Positions 32,426 through 43,969 of a stretch of DNA of 64,000 nucleotides are shown here, one piece after another. The position numbers were made by a program, and so were the translations under genes. The DNA is from Williopsis jadinii (taxonomy: Eukaryota). Numbering within the stretch: position 1 is the first letter of the stretch; each line of letters begins with the position of its first letter. The notes beneath the pieces are model-generated. The model did not search any database, was not told where the DNA came from, and saw only the letters and a list, made by a program, of their open reading frames with translations. The stretch lies in NCBI GenBank assembly GCA_024346625.1, contig AP024666.1, positions 1,922,001 through 1,986,000 of the forward strand. Reading direction: 5' to 3'.

Positions 32426-35400
32426 TCATCTCTTCATCATTTCCAGTCACCTGTCTCACTTTATGCCAATCAAAGGTCATGGACTCTGCGATTTTTACCT
32501 TGTCACACTGCATCAGCAGCACTTCGATAATGAGATTTGTGGGGTTCAATCGCCTAAATGCGTACATCTCTGCATTCAAAATCTCACAATGATTGGATGT
32601 CATGATATCAAACCTTGGAGTCACCGAATTGTACAGTTGAAGACCTCTAGCACAGTCTTGTGTGTTGGTAATGAGATTATAAGTACTGTTGACAGTCTCT
32701 TTCTTATGCCTCTCAAAGAAAACCCCCTTCATTGCTTCTTGGATTGGTGAGACCTTTTCTGGATCAGATTCAAATATCAACTGGAAAAAGTTATGTTGCA
32801 TAGCCCTTCTATGCTTTGCGATTGTGTACTTGGAGAGAACTCTCTCGACGTGTTTAGAGCATGCGAAGTTCTCAATCGGAACACCACACCGGGTTCTCAA
32901 CATATCCAAGGCCTTCTTGATACCCTTATCTTGATCCGATATGATTTGTAATCGGGGAGTGCTCTCCTCAGTGATACTATCATCATGCAATTGCAGGGAT
33001 TCTCGTAGCTTTTTCCAATGCGATCCACCATTCTTCTTGAAGAATGTGTATAGGAAGGTAAACCATTCTAATCCACACTCCGCGTTCTTTGAAAGCATCA
33101 TACCCAGGGGAACCAGTCCCTTGGACCCAGCCTGGCCGACAATAGTGTATAATGTAATAAAATCCTCCTTGTATCCCTCATTATTGTATAAAGACATATG
33201 GCAAGCATCTAATGAGAGTGTTGGTACTAGGCTTTCGTAGAATTGGTCATCAATGGAGTTGGAGAAATAGATGCACTTGATTTCATCTTGTGGATGTGAT
33301 ATTAAATTGAGCACGGGGGAAGTCAGCTTTGACGATTTTACAGCAGCTTTCAACAGCTTTTTTGCCTTGTCAGTGTTAAACTTTAGCTTCTTATCACCCG
33401 CTTGTGTAGTCCTCTTCTTATTAGAGAGAATTGTCAGATTTTTCAGCACTAACTTTTCACACTGAGAATCGGCTGCAGAATTATCTTCAGACTGATCACT
33501 TATGACATCTTCCAATTGTTGTAAAAACTCATCCTGTGCCTCTTTCCATTCAAGAGTTGTATCGCTGACAGCTGGGCCATCTGCATCTGTTGTTGGAGCA
33601 GAGTCACTCTCTACTTCTTGCTGTTGTCCATCACCTGCCCAATCGGAAATTATTCTGGACAGCTCAGTTGCATTCTCCTTGCTTAGGATGTTGTCGATAT
33701 ACCTGTTATCCTGTAGAAGTAATGCTATCTCAAAGTGCTTCAAACCCTCTAGAAGGTCTTGACCTTCTTGATTGTCTTGTACATCAGCTGCCAAGCTATT
33801 GCTCTTTCTATCATCTATGTGTGAAGTTGAGAGTGCAGCCAATAACATCTGTATCGTGTAATCTCCATTTGCCGTTTTATCTGTGAATTTAGAGAACGAC
33901 GTTCCCGAGGAGGCTCGTTGAACAGAGTCAAATAATAGATCTTTTGGCTCCTTTTCTTTAGATTCAAATTTAACCTGGCATGTATCTTCTATCGTCTCCT
34001 GTGAGTTGGTGTAAATGCTTCTCAAGGTGAGATCAGCAGCTATTGCGGAGAGTTTTTTCTGATATGAAACCTCTTCATGAGGCAGAATTACTCCATTGTT
34101 CAGTTCATCTGGATCATAAAGCCAATCAACCATTGCTTTACCAACCTTAGAGGTCGAGTGAGATCTCATCTTTGAAAAGAGCAGATAGTCTTTGAGATAA
34201 CCGAGGCTATCAATCTCAATTCCATTTTCGTTTGTATCAAAATACCCACCACGTCTCAGCAGATCAACAGCTCTTTCAAGTTCAGGACCCCTAAGCTGTT
34301 GTGTTTCAGCAGTACTTCGAGCCAGTGCCCTTTTCGTCAACTTTGGAACCTCACAACAATGTCTCTGGTTGACACAACTAACAGTGCATTGTATGTCATA
34401 GTCTAGGATCTTAGTCTGGCAAAATGAACACCGAACCACACGCCTATTATTGGGCCTTTGTTCAATAGAAACATGGACATGAAGCTTCAAGAGACAATAT
34501 ATTTGAACAGCTTGTTGTAACATATGTAAAGACAATAATCTCTCCTCCACAACGAGGGCTTTGTTTTGCCTTCTCTCAATTCCTTGGTTAATGATTGACG
34601 TTGCGGTATTTAAAAGGGAAGTTGTTGTACTTCTTCGATAAACAGGCTCGGTAGATTCAAGAGGTGGCCGTGGTAGAAATACAGTGTCCTCACTAGATGA
34701 TGGCTGCTCTACAATGCTTGTCTCGTTTGCCTCACAATCCTCAACATCGGGCACAGTTCCAGTTTGTGCTTCAGCATCAGAATCAACATCTTGATACCAA
34801 GACGTATCTGACATGATCTCCTGATGACACATGTCGAACTCGACAAAGCGTCTTCTCAAATCACTTAATACATTCCCCATATTGAAAGAAAAGCTGCTTT
34901 CGAGACTGTTGAACAGCTCGATACACACTTGGAAATGATGTTTACATTCGTCGAGATGGTCCTTCAGGACCCTTCTCTCCGCCACTGGTGAAGCTGATAT
35001 CTTCTTCTTCACACAAGCAAGCATATCGATCATCCGAGGAGATAGGGACATAACGATGTCCGGGTCTGGTAGAGACATTATGCTTGCCAGTGATCTGTAT
35101 TCATCGCACGCATTTGCTGTTTGGTCTAATGATTTGTTTACGTTCGCTCTTGGAATTTGTCTCGCGTCTGTGTTATTGTTTTGACCAAGAGGTCTGGATG
35201 TGGTGTGCGGGTGAAAGAGTTTGGGACTAGAGATGCCACTGATAGCTCGCTTGATTTGCACTTATTTAGTGGGTGAAAAGTGTTGAGGTTCCATGGCCTT
35301 TTAGGCCTCTAATAGCTCGATCAGCGAATGCTAATGCGAGAATGAGCATCATGTATATATTCCTATTTTTGAGTTATATTTTAGTTCAATTTATCTCCTT

Positions 35401-38094
35401 TTTCTTACGTTATTCTCACATTATTATTGCGTTATTCTTGCTAGTTCTTGATAAAGCTGTTTCTTCTTCACCGAAATTTACCAAGGGCTTTAGGTATGTA
35501 TCCTAAAAATTGCATACTTACAAAATTCAACCTTCCAATATTGCCAATCACTCTATTTTAGCTAGTTTTGCAAATGCTTTTGCTCTGGAATTTTGTTTTA
35601 CACATTATGCTGTTTTTCAGTCACCGAAAGCACCATGTTGGTAACGTTTGAAATGGCTCAACCTTTTGCCTCAATTGCGGAAAAGAGGTATCCAATACGC
35701 CCCATACAAACAGTTTAGTAACGATATAATGATACGAGATTATATTATATGGAATGTGGGGCCTTGGTAGATATATTCCAGTTGCTTCTGAGTACTTTTT
35801 GTTGTTGTGGGTCCTCACAAGCTGAGACGCAGTATGACCAACACTTACAAGCTCATAACGTTTCACTGATATACAAGACTTGGGTGCTATGGATGAAAAT
35901 TCAGGTGAGATACCAGTAATATATCTAATGATATAACGTGTTGTCTCCAAAACGAAGCGTGAAGAATAGTGTCATTTATTTGGATCGAGACATCGAAGAC
36001 TTAAGATCTGGTTGGGAAAAGTCCTTAAGGCAAGGTGCCATTGAGCAGGGTATAGCCTTTTGAAGCTTTTCTGAAGATATCCTTCTGATAAGTAACATGC
36101 ACAGAATGGTTATATAGGCTATATAATCGACTGTAAACCCTTTGATCATATGGTTATTGTAGAATATAAAAATCTTGTTTTCATATGGCCAAAGGAGCAA
36201 TCGAACAGAAAGGATATACGCAAAGTTAGAGCAGAAATTTCACTCTATATTGGAGCTTTTGGTTTCTCGTTCCGGCCAGATAGTTAATATAGAGAGCACA
36301 AGTACATCATTACCCAGGCTGCTAATTCTCAAACTTGTAGACAATGGTCATTATCATCTTTAAGAGTTCATTTATTCTACCATGGTTGTTGTGCGCCAGA
36401 GATTCCGTCATATTTCTGGTTTCATTTTTCCTTGACCTATTCACCATTATATGAGAAGGATCCAACTCAGTGAAAGTAACTCGTTGGAATTTCTAGAATT
36501 CTACTCATCAGCTTGAGCCAAGTAAACTCGATAACTGTTAGTTAGCCTCGAGCGAGTTTCAGCTGTGTGTACTCTCTTTTTGATTTTAATCTATAGTACT
36601 CTATGATGAAAGTGGAAGCTCTTTCTCAATAGATGTAGCACAATACACGCTTCTTTGTGCGGTTTAAGTGCATACTTCATCAGTGTATCCCTTAGATATG
36701 CCAGTGAAGATACTGGCTTTCAAGTGTTAGTGTATAGCCATCAAGCACTAGATGTGTATGACGTCTACAGGTCATCAGGACTTGGTTTGTTCAACTAGCG
36801 ACATACATAAGATTAGGCCATATTGAACAGAACATTTTAAGTCTGCCAAAGGTACACCAAATGAATTTTACACTGACCACCTTCAAACCTAAAGAGCAGT
36901 ACTGAATTGTATGGTGGTTCTGCGTATAATGAATTCCCCAACAGTTGGTTGAGCTTTGAGCTCTCTGCTCTTATGTTAAGGCCCTCCCACAGTGTCGATA
37001 CATCCTATGCTAGACTTCATAAGTCAGTTAGACGATATAAAATCTGGTCGCTTTTCAATCCAGCGGGATCATAATGACTGTTTATGCTACAACTTTGGAG
37101 CCATACGTAAACACCGCTTATCAGATCTACAATCTCAGAGTTCTGTAACTCAGTCATGGTGGTCCCAAAGAGACATAGAGTAAAATCTCTCGAGGTCAAC
37201 TCTGATCAAGAGGAGAGCCTTGAAATCGTCTTAATTTGCACATTTCTGTGCTCTATTTGACTCATTTCTACTCTACAATTCCCAGAACTGCCCTTAGCTA
37301 CGACAAGATCAAATACAATGGCTACAGACCCAAAAGGCCTCATACTTAAGAACAGCGAGAAAGTGTGTATTATGGCCATCGAAGAAAACACTCACATAGC
37401 TCGTTCTGGAGCGCTGTCGTGCGGTCGTGCCCCGGTCATGAGCCCGCCCGAATGGACACCCAGTCCACAATTCAAGCACATACATCTCAACAACCACACA
37501 GGCCAGTGCGATACAAAGTTGACAGTGAAGATCAGAAAAATTCGCTCTCTTCTATAGTCCTTTTACTACTCTTATAACACCACTTTTGGGCCAGCAATGA
37601 AGTTTAGAACACAGTTCTCAATTTTGAAACCAATTCGCTCGCCGAAAATTTCCCAAGACCGACATACAAAAAACTCCCCGAACTGACTTTCGGGCCAGCT
37701 CCATCATTAACTATGATACGAACACATGGATTACACCGTTCCATAGCGAATCATTCGCTCAATAAACTCATAGAACCTACTGTTTTGTATACTATATCAA
37801 CGTCCAATATTCATGTGTATCACAGATGGCTCACATGTACGCCATAGAGACACACACCTGCCCCGTGCAGCCGATTCCGTAGTGAAGGGCAGGCTTGTTG
37901 CGCTCGCAGCTAAATTGCAGCCTGGGGGAGAAATTCCCAGTAGGACGTCCCAATTAGGGCAACTTGCTAGTATCGCTTCATCATCTGTTGACATCTTGCG
38001 TAAAAAAGCTGGGAAAGGTCGAGATATAAGCAATTTTCCCGTTGTTACTACTTTTCATGTACACAGTGTAGACATAAAGATATAAGAGCAAGCG

Positions 38095-40276
38095 ATGGAG
38101 GAGAAGAAAGTTGTGTGCATAACTTGTAAGGAGAAAAGAAGAAAGGTGAGTTACTTCGAATGGTGGAGGAAATAGAGAGAGAGCATCGCTAACTGTGTGG
38201 GAAAAACAGTGCAACGGTAAGAATCCATGTCTATGGTGCAAGAAGTACAACCAGCCTTGTTCTTACAATATCGACAGTGATCGAAGAAGGCGGAAATACC
38301 ATACGGATTACATTGATTTCTTAGAGTCCAAGAGCCACAGGCTGAAGGAGTTCATTACGAAATTCGCCAAAGACGATGAGGAGCTCCAGCAGTTGGTTGT
38401 TGAGAAGTTGCAGGAGCTGGATTCGAAGGAGCTCCCCCAGTTAAAACCAGTCAAGGACGAAATAGACGGCAGCGTCGAGTCCGTGGAGAACTCTCATCTT
38501 ATAGAGGAGCTGATGGAGGCCACGAGGAACCTCCGGCTCGATGATGAAGAGCTTAAGCCGAATTACGTCTACAATTCGTTCACCTCTGAATTACAGGAAA
38601 AGATCTTGGAGAACAAGGCGAAGTTCAGCTCGGACGTGATCAACTCGGAGTCGTCGCCGTTGGCTCTGGTTGGCTATACGCTAGTCTTCAACGACTTAAG
38701 CTACCAGACGTCGCTGGTTCATCTGTTCGAACAGAAATTCGCCATTCATTCGATGTTCTTCCTGAAACTTTTGCCCGTGCTATGGCAGTGCGACTACAAC
38801 TCCATACTGGACCCGGGCATCAGGCTGCTGATGAACGTTGTTTTCGGTATAAGCTCAAACTTCTCGTCACACCCGCTTGCAAAGGTCCACGGAGACTACT
38901 TCATCGCACTGGCTAGAGATTCCCTGATGAGTGTGGTGTGTAAATCTCAGACAGACACCAACATCATCGCAGCCTTGCACCTGCTTTCATGCTACGAAAT
39001 GGGACAGAATGAACCGTTCCAATCATATCTGCTGGATTCAATGGCTTGCTCTCTTTTGCAGCATATGGGACTGCACATTTCGTACGATGGACAAGAGGAT
39101 GCGGACGGCCAAACTTATGCCCCTAAGCAGACTCCATTCAAGGCTGCAGCACTGTGGTCCGTATGCACGCATGATCGCATAATAACAAACGTGATCAATG
39201 TTCCATCAGTAATACATTTCAAGCGAATCGTGGCACCATTTTACCAGATTGTGAGCGAACCGTCGGACCAGATCCATTTCCAGGAGTTGTCATTTGCTTA
39301 CATATCACGCATGTGGTATATCTTTGACCGATTTACGGACCAGATATACTCTGTGCACTTTGACCTCGGGGAGACGAACAACAGACAGAAGGTGATGGCG
39401 ACGGCGAAGAAGACGTTTAACGAGCTGTATTCGTCGCTGCCGTCTCTGCTGAGGCTGAAATCACCGAAAACGCTGGACTTGTCTGATCCAAATCAGACCC
39501 ATATACTGATTTTCCACCTGAACTACCACTATTTGAAGTTACAGCTGAACAAGATCTTCATAAGAGAAGCGTCGTATGAGTTGAAGAGTTCCATTCTGAA
39601 GGAGGCTTCCAAGTGTGGAGAGCTGATCCACACCCTTGTGTCGCAGAGAGAGGTCATTGACGTTGACCTCTTGCCGTATTATTTGCCGAATTTCGTCAAC
39701 ACGATAGTATTGGTGTATCTGTTCATCTTGACAACAGCCAATACAAGCACATCTACTGAAGTTAGTGAAAACGAAGTTTCAACGTTCTATTTCTACTTCA
39801 CACAGGCCAAGACTCTCTTACAGATGTTGAGTATAAACTGGAAATTGGCTAAAAGCTCACTGGAAAATCTATTGAAATTAGAAACCAAGTTTAACTTACA
39901 GCCACCTCTATCCTCCTGGAGTACCTTTTCACCAACTGTGCACTCCGATGTCATTACACCGGTGACTGGGACCGACGTCACGCCATTATCCACTACCGGT
40001 GGATTCCTGGCATCCACTGATAGTGCATTCTTGGATTGGTTCCAGGAGTTTCCAGATTTTGAACAGATAAAGCATTCAAGACAAGAGATACGGCAGCGGA
40101 AACCAGCACAACAGCAACCAACACAAATGTATACCAATTATCCGATTCCAATGTCATTTGAAACCGATACTCCAATGGCCCCACTATCAACAGAACAGGC
40201 ACCTAGCACCTATCCCATAGGTGATGATATGAATGAGTTCGAATACCACGTTGACAATCTATCCAACTGGGAGTGA
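38095..40276 (+). CDS. Zn(II)2Cys6 transcription factor, NirA/Nit4/Cha4-like (Yna1/Yna2-like); exons 38095-38145 and 38210-40276 (705 aa)
   Basis: Splicing joins MEEKKVVCITCKEKRRK to CNGKNPCLWCKKYNQPC and completes the six-Cys cluster; fungal TF middle homology region follows. Confidence 0.85.
38146..38209 (+). other. Spliceosomal intron (64 nt) inside the zinc-cluster coding region
   Basis: 5' GTGAGT, branch CGCTAAC at 38187-38193, 3' CAG; removal restores frame and domain. Confidence 0.9.
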
Positions 40277-40332
40277 GAACAAGTACATGAGCGATATAAC
40301 AAATACGCTATATATTGTACACACACGCCCTT

Positions 40333-42117
40333 CTATAATGGGAATTGATCCATGAAGCAGTTGGCATCCCTTTGATCGTTTGGCATCTCGCTCATCCCAA
40401 AGCTGTTTGTTTGACGTGATAATGCCTCTTCGAGGCATGGCACGTTGATCTTCCATCTCTTTGCCAATTCGCTCAACACCTGGATATCCCTTACACCACG
40501 TCTCCAATACCTCCCAATGACCACCAAACAAGTGATGTAGATCTTCAATCTATCAGCACTTCTCGACCTCAGACTCTCGTCCTTGTTGGTCATGAGGAAG
40601 AGATCAAACGTTGCACAAGTGAGCACGAGATACGATGCAAAATACGGGATGTCCTCGTTGCTCTCAAACTGTGCTGTTAACCGACCTATGAGATCGGCAG
40701 AGATCTCACACTGTTGCATCATGGTGTTGATAACTTTCAACGGCATCTGTTTGAGATAGGCCCTGTGCAATAACAGGTAAACCACCGAAAATGACAGGTG
40801 CAATGTCAGGATCCTTGTGTCTGTTATTACATACGATAACTTGAAGTCCTCCGGCAGCGAATTCTGTAGTTCTTGTAGTGCTTCAACGCCCTGTTGAATC
40901 AAGGAGAGTCTATGAGAAGCGTGTAGGAACTCAGCCTTTGAAGAGTAGATCTGTCCAAGGAATTTGTCATGGATAAACCATAGCTTCGTATGGAATGCAA
41001 ACGAGACCTCTGTTATGTATTCCTCCAGGTTATTCTGCCTTAGCAGCGGCTTGTAGAAGTCCGTTTGCACCCTGAAGTACTGTATACGGCAGCCACGTCC
41101 CAATACACTGGTGATGATTCTATCCTGAAGTATGATGGACCAGAACATCGCAGATGACTTCCCTCTATAAGGGACAAGTGTGTTGTTTGCCGTTGAGTTC
41201 ATGGTGGGCATTAGATGTAAACCCATGTACTGGGTCATACTAGCACTCATGACGCAGTATGCCCATGAATTCGCATCCAATCCCATTCCCAGTTGGAAAC
41301 AGCTCAGTATCAGGAAAGCCTGTAAGACGTATTCGTTGATATTCTTTGAGGCCTTCATCGTCATGAATTCAGCCTCTTGTAAGAATGTGAATGCCAGGTC
41401 TCGATGGTTACTGAAAGATGCTCCATACGTGAAGATTGCACACATCAGCAGCTGTTTGGAAACGTCCTGTGAAGGATACTCCCACGTCCGAACTTCATCC
41501 AAAGTCTGCCACGAAGCTAAGAAATAACGGGCAAAGGACTTTGCAAAATTATCCAGAAGTTGGCTTCTAAACTCTGCAGAGCTTGAGACCAAGTCGAACT
41601 TGGTGGATGCTCCGATGAACTGGTCCTCCTTCTCTAGGCTCTCGTCCACTTTCTGGCGACCACTTATCGGCCCGTAGAACTCGGTGATATCCCTATTCGT
41701 CGACTTCTGTCTAACACGCCATTTAGTATTCACCAGCTCATCTATGGCCTCCTCGTCTGCCAAATTCTTAACGAATTCCTCACTCATACCAACCTTGTTG
41801 TTGTTTGGATTCCCTGCTGAGTTGAGTTGAAGCTCGTTCAGATCTGCCTTCAGCTTTTCAAATCCAAGCAGCTGGGCCTTTTCGGGGTTCTCACGAACCA
41901 GCTCATCAACCAGCTGCTCCATCAAATCAGCTTTCAGCTCCAAATAGTCCACATAGGTGGAATCGAACTTCCATTTCCTTCTATCCTTATCAACTGGATA
42001 TTCACAATCGGCCTTGTTGTACTTGATACACATCGAACATGGCTTTTGACCATCGCACCTTCTTTTCCTCTTTCGGCAAAACGTGCACGCCATGGTGGCA
42101 GTCTTCTTCTCGCCCAT
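40333..42117 (-). CDS. Zn(II)2Cys6 transcription factor paralogous to the convergent neighbour (Yna1/Yna2-like)
   Basis: First ATG at 42117. CTFCRKRKRRCDGQKPCSMCIKYNKADC; shares D.DRR..K....Y.D.LE.K, QxMGLH, DRIIT and QIYS with the 38095 gene. Confidence 0.85.
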   Translation of the reverse strand: MGEKKTATMACTFCRKRKRRCDGQKPCSMCIKYNKADCEYPVDKDRRKWKFDSTYVDYLELKADLMEQLVDELVRENPEKAQLLGFEKLKADLNELQLNSAGNPNNNKVGMSEEFVKNLADEEAIDELVNTKWRVRQKSTNRDITEFYGPISGRQKVDESLEKEDQFIGASTKFDLVSSSAEFRSQLLDNFAKSFARYFLASWQTLDEVRTWEYPSQDVSKQLLMCAIFTYGASFSNHRDLAFTFLQEAEFMTMKASKNINEYVLQAFLILSCFQLGMGLDANSWAYCVMSASMTQYMGLHLMPTMNSTANNTLVPYRGKSSAMFWSIILQDRIITSVLGRGCRIQYFRVQTDFYKPLLRQNNLEEYITEVSFAFHTKLWFIHDKFLGQIYSSKAEFLHASHRLSLIQQGVEALQELQNSLPEDFKLSYVITDTRILTLHLSFSVVYLLLHRAYLKQMPLKVINTMMQQCEISADLIGRLTAQFESNEDIPYFASYLVLTCATFDLFLMTNKDESLRSRSADRLKIYITCLVVIGRYWRRGVRDIQVLSELAKRWKINVPCLEEALSRQTNSFGMSEMPNDQRDANCFMDQFPL

Positions 42118-42215
42118 CTTTGAAGTATTCAGAAAGCGCTTGAAACCCAGCTGGTGGCTGAAGAGCTGTATAATGTCATTGGAGGATCTAAGAGCTATGA
42201 GTCCATCGTGCAACA

Positions 42216-42287
42216 ACACCCAGACACCTGTAAACCCAGACACCTATAAATTTGGACATCCAGACACCCAAACATCCATACACCAAG
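42216..42287 (+). repeat. Nine phased degenerate 8-bp units (ACACCCAG-like; Rap1/telomere-like)
   Basis: ACACCCAG ACACCTGT AAACCCAG ACACCTAT AAATTTGG ACATCCAG ACACCCAA ACATCCAT ACACCAAG. Confidence 0.8.
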
Positions 42288-42508
42288 CAATAACTGTGGA
42301 TACACACTCAACCAAATACACCAACTCTTCATGACACTTCTATTACGCCCCAACAGGTGTACAACTGACCGATCCGGAGTCCTCTCATCGTGTACTGACT
42401 ATCAAACCACATAGAACTATAGTTTCTTGTTATAAATGACTATTAAAAAAAGCGAAATAATGGGTATGTATTATGTAGAGAAGGTTACAAGTACGGCGTG
42501 GATGAATG

Positions 42509-43969
42509 TTACGACTGTCTCTTCTCTTCACCTTGGGAGATTTCAGTCTTTTCCGCTTGACTGGACACTTCGTTATTTGTTGTGCTTGTTGAGCTTGAAG
42601 GCTGGTGTGCTTGATCGATGTGGTCCAATTCGTGAGGCAATTGAGAGCCTGTTGGTATACCCATAGTACCATCAGAGTTCTGAACACCACCCCAAGCTAA
42701 GAAGTCTCTTCTGACTTCAACGTAGTCGTAGGCGAATTCACCGATTTGGTCCTCATCCATACCCACAGCTTCAGCTTCTTCACTTGCCCTTAGGTGTAAG
42801 CCTGGCACTTTATCAATGACGAAGCACAAAATTGCAGTTACAGTGACGGACCAGCCGATGCAAACACCTATCCATGCAATCTGTTTATAGATTTGTTTGT
42901 AGTTGTGTGAGATCCAGCCACCGTCGTGCTCAGTGACACCATCCATCCCAATGACCCAGTCTGCTCCAAACAGTGCGTTGGCCATCAGCCCCAGAATACC
43001 AGCCATTCCGTGCTCAGCCAGGATATCGAGGGCATCATCAACTCCCACCAGATACTTGATACCAGTGGAGAAGTTACACACGACACCGGTGACAATTCCC
43101 AAAACCACTGAGCCATAGGTTGGAATATCTCCTGAGGACGGCGTAGCAGCAACTAAACCTGAAATGATACCAGAACACATACCAACGGTGGACCATTTGC
43201 GTTCCAGCCTGTAGTCCAGCAAACACCATGTCATTGCTGCAAAACAAGCACACAGGTTTGTATTCATAATGGCGTACATGGCTCTTAGAGAAGGATAAAG
43301 CGCAGTACCGCCGTTGAAGCCCAGCCAGCCAAACCAGAGAATCGTCGTTCCCAACGTCACCAGGGACACGTTATGAGGCCTGAAATTGATCAACAGCTTC
43401 TCCTTCCGTCTCCCCAGGAACCACGAGTACGTGAACCCTGTGAAACCAGAGAGGATCTCAATCAAGCCGCCGGCATAGTCCAGCACTCCCCAGCGGGCAG
43501 CCCAGCCAGCGGGTCTCCAGATCCACGCAACGACAGGACAGTAGCACAGCGTTGCCCAGAGGAACAGGAACACCATATGAGGCAGCAGACGGCCTCTCTC
43601 AGCGACACAGCCCGCTATGATGGCCAGCGTAACGCACAGAAACATGTTCTGGAACACTGCAAAGACAAACTCTGGGTAGTCGCCCTCTCCAGCGTACACG
43701 TTTCTGAAGCCAAAGGCATCCAGGTTGCCGATGAACCTGTTCGTCGCCGTTGGAGAGAACGCCAGTGAGTAGCCCCAGAAGTACCACTGTACTATGCCAA
43801 CGATGCCAGCCATGATAACAGACCAGATGAGCGAGAGCGCCGATTTTCTTCGAGCCAGCCCAGAGTACAGGAAGCCCAAACCGGGCACCATGAAGAACAC
43901 CAGCGCAGTACACAGGATCATGAAACCTACGATCCCGTAGTCGTAGTGCTCGACCCACACCGACGACAT
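42509..43969 (-). CDS. MEP1: Ammonium transporter, Mep1/Mep3 type
   Basis: First ATG at 43969. MVPGLGFLYSGLARRKSAL, LWFGWLGFNGG, GMDEDQIGEFAYDY; Glu in place of the first pore His (IEILS) as in Mep1/Mep3. Confidence 0.9.
   Translation of the reverse strand: MSSVWVEHYDYGIVGFMILCTALVFFMVPGLGFLYSGLARRKSALSLIWSVIMAGIVGIVQWYFWGYSLAFSPTATNRFIGNLDAFGFRNVYAGEGDYPEFVFAVFQNMFLCVTLAIIAGCVAERGRLLPHMVFLFLWATLCYCPVVAWIWRPAGWAARWGVLDYAGGLIEILSGFTGFTYSWFLGRRKEKLLINFRPHNVSLVTLGTTILWFGWLGFNGGTALYPSLRAMYAIMNTNLCACFAAMTWCLLDYRLERKWSTVGMCSGIISGLVAATPSSGDIPTYGSVVLGIVTGVVCNFSTGIKYLVGVDDALDILAEHGMAGILGLMANALFGADWVIGMDGVTEHDGGWISHNYKQIYKQIAWIGVCIGWSVTVTAILCFVIDKVPGLHLRASEEAEAVGMDEDQIGEFAYDYVEVRRDFLAWGGVQNSDGTMGIPTGSQLPHELDHIDQAHQPSSSTSTTNNEVSSQAEKTEISQGEEKRQS

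Larger units (their letters stand above)
31500..35078 (-). mobile_element. Mutator-like (MULE/MuDR) DDE transposase gene; element ends not found
   Basis: Frame open from 35261, first ATG at 35078. WRKY/GCM1-like Zn finger (RCSFC...HCCE), LSLDACH (D), IISDQDKGI (D), CSKH (CxxH), TSNHCEILN (E), SWIM-like CSHC...CPH, two C-terminal AT-hooks. Confidence 0.85.

Noticed and set aside
31217..35612. Direct repeat CATTATGCTG at 31217-31226 and 35603-35612 as a possible MULE target-site duplication
   Set aside because: The sequences inside the two copies show no inverted similarity, and a 10-mer match between flanks of this size is plausible by chance.
35300..38000. Short ORFs upstream of the transposase as a second element gene or cargo
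   Set aside because: All are under 110 aa, on mixed strands and without recognisable motifs; needs BLASTX.
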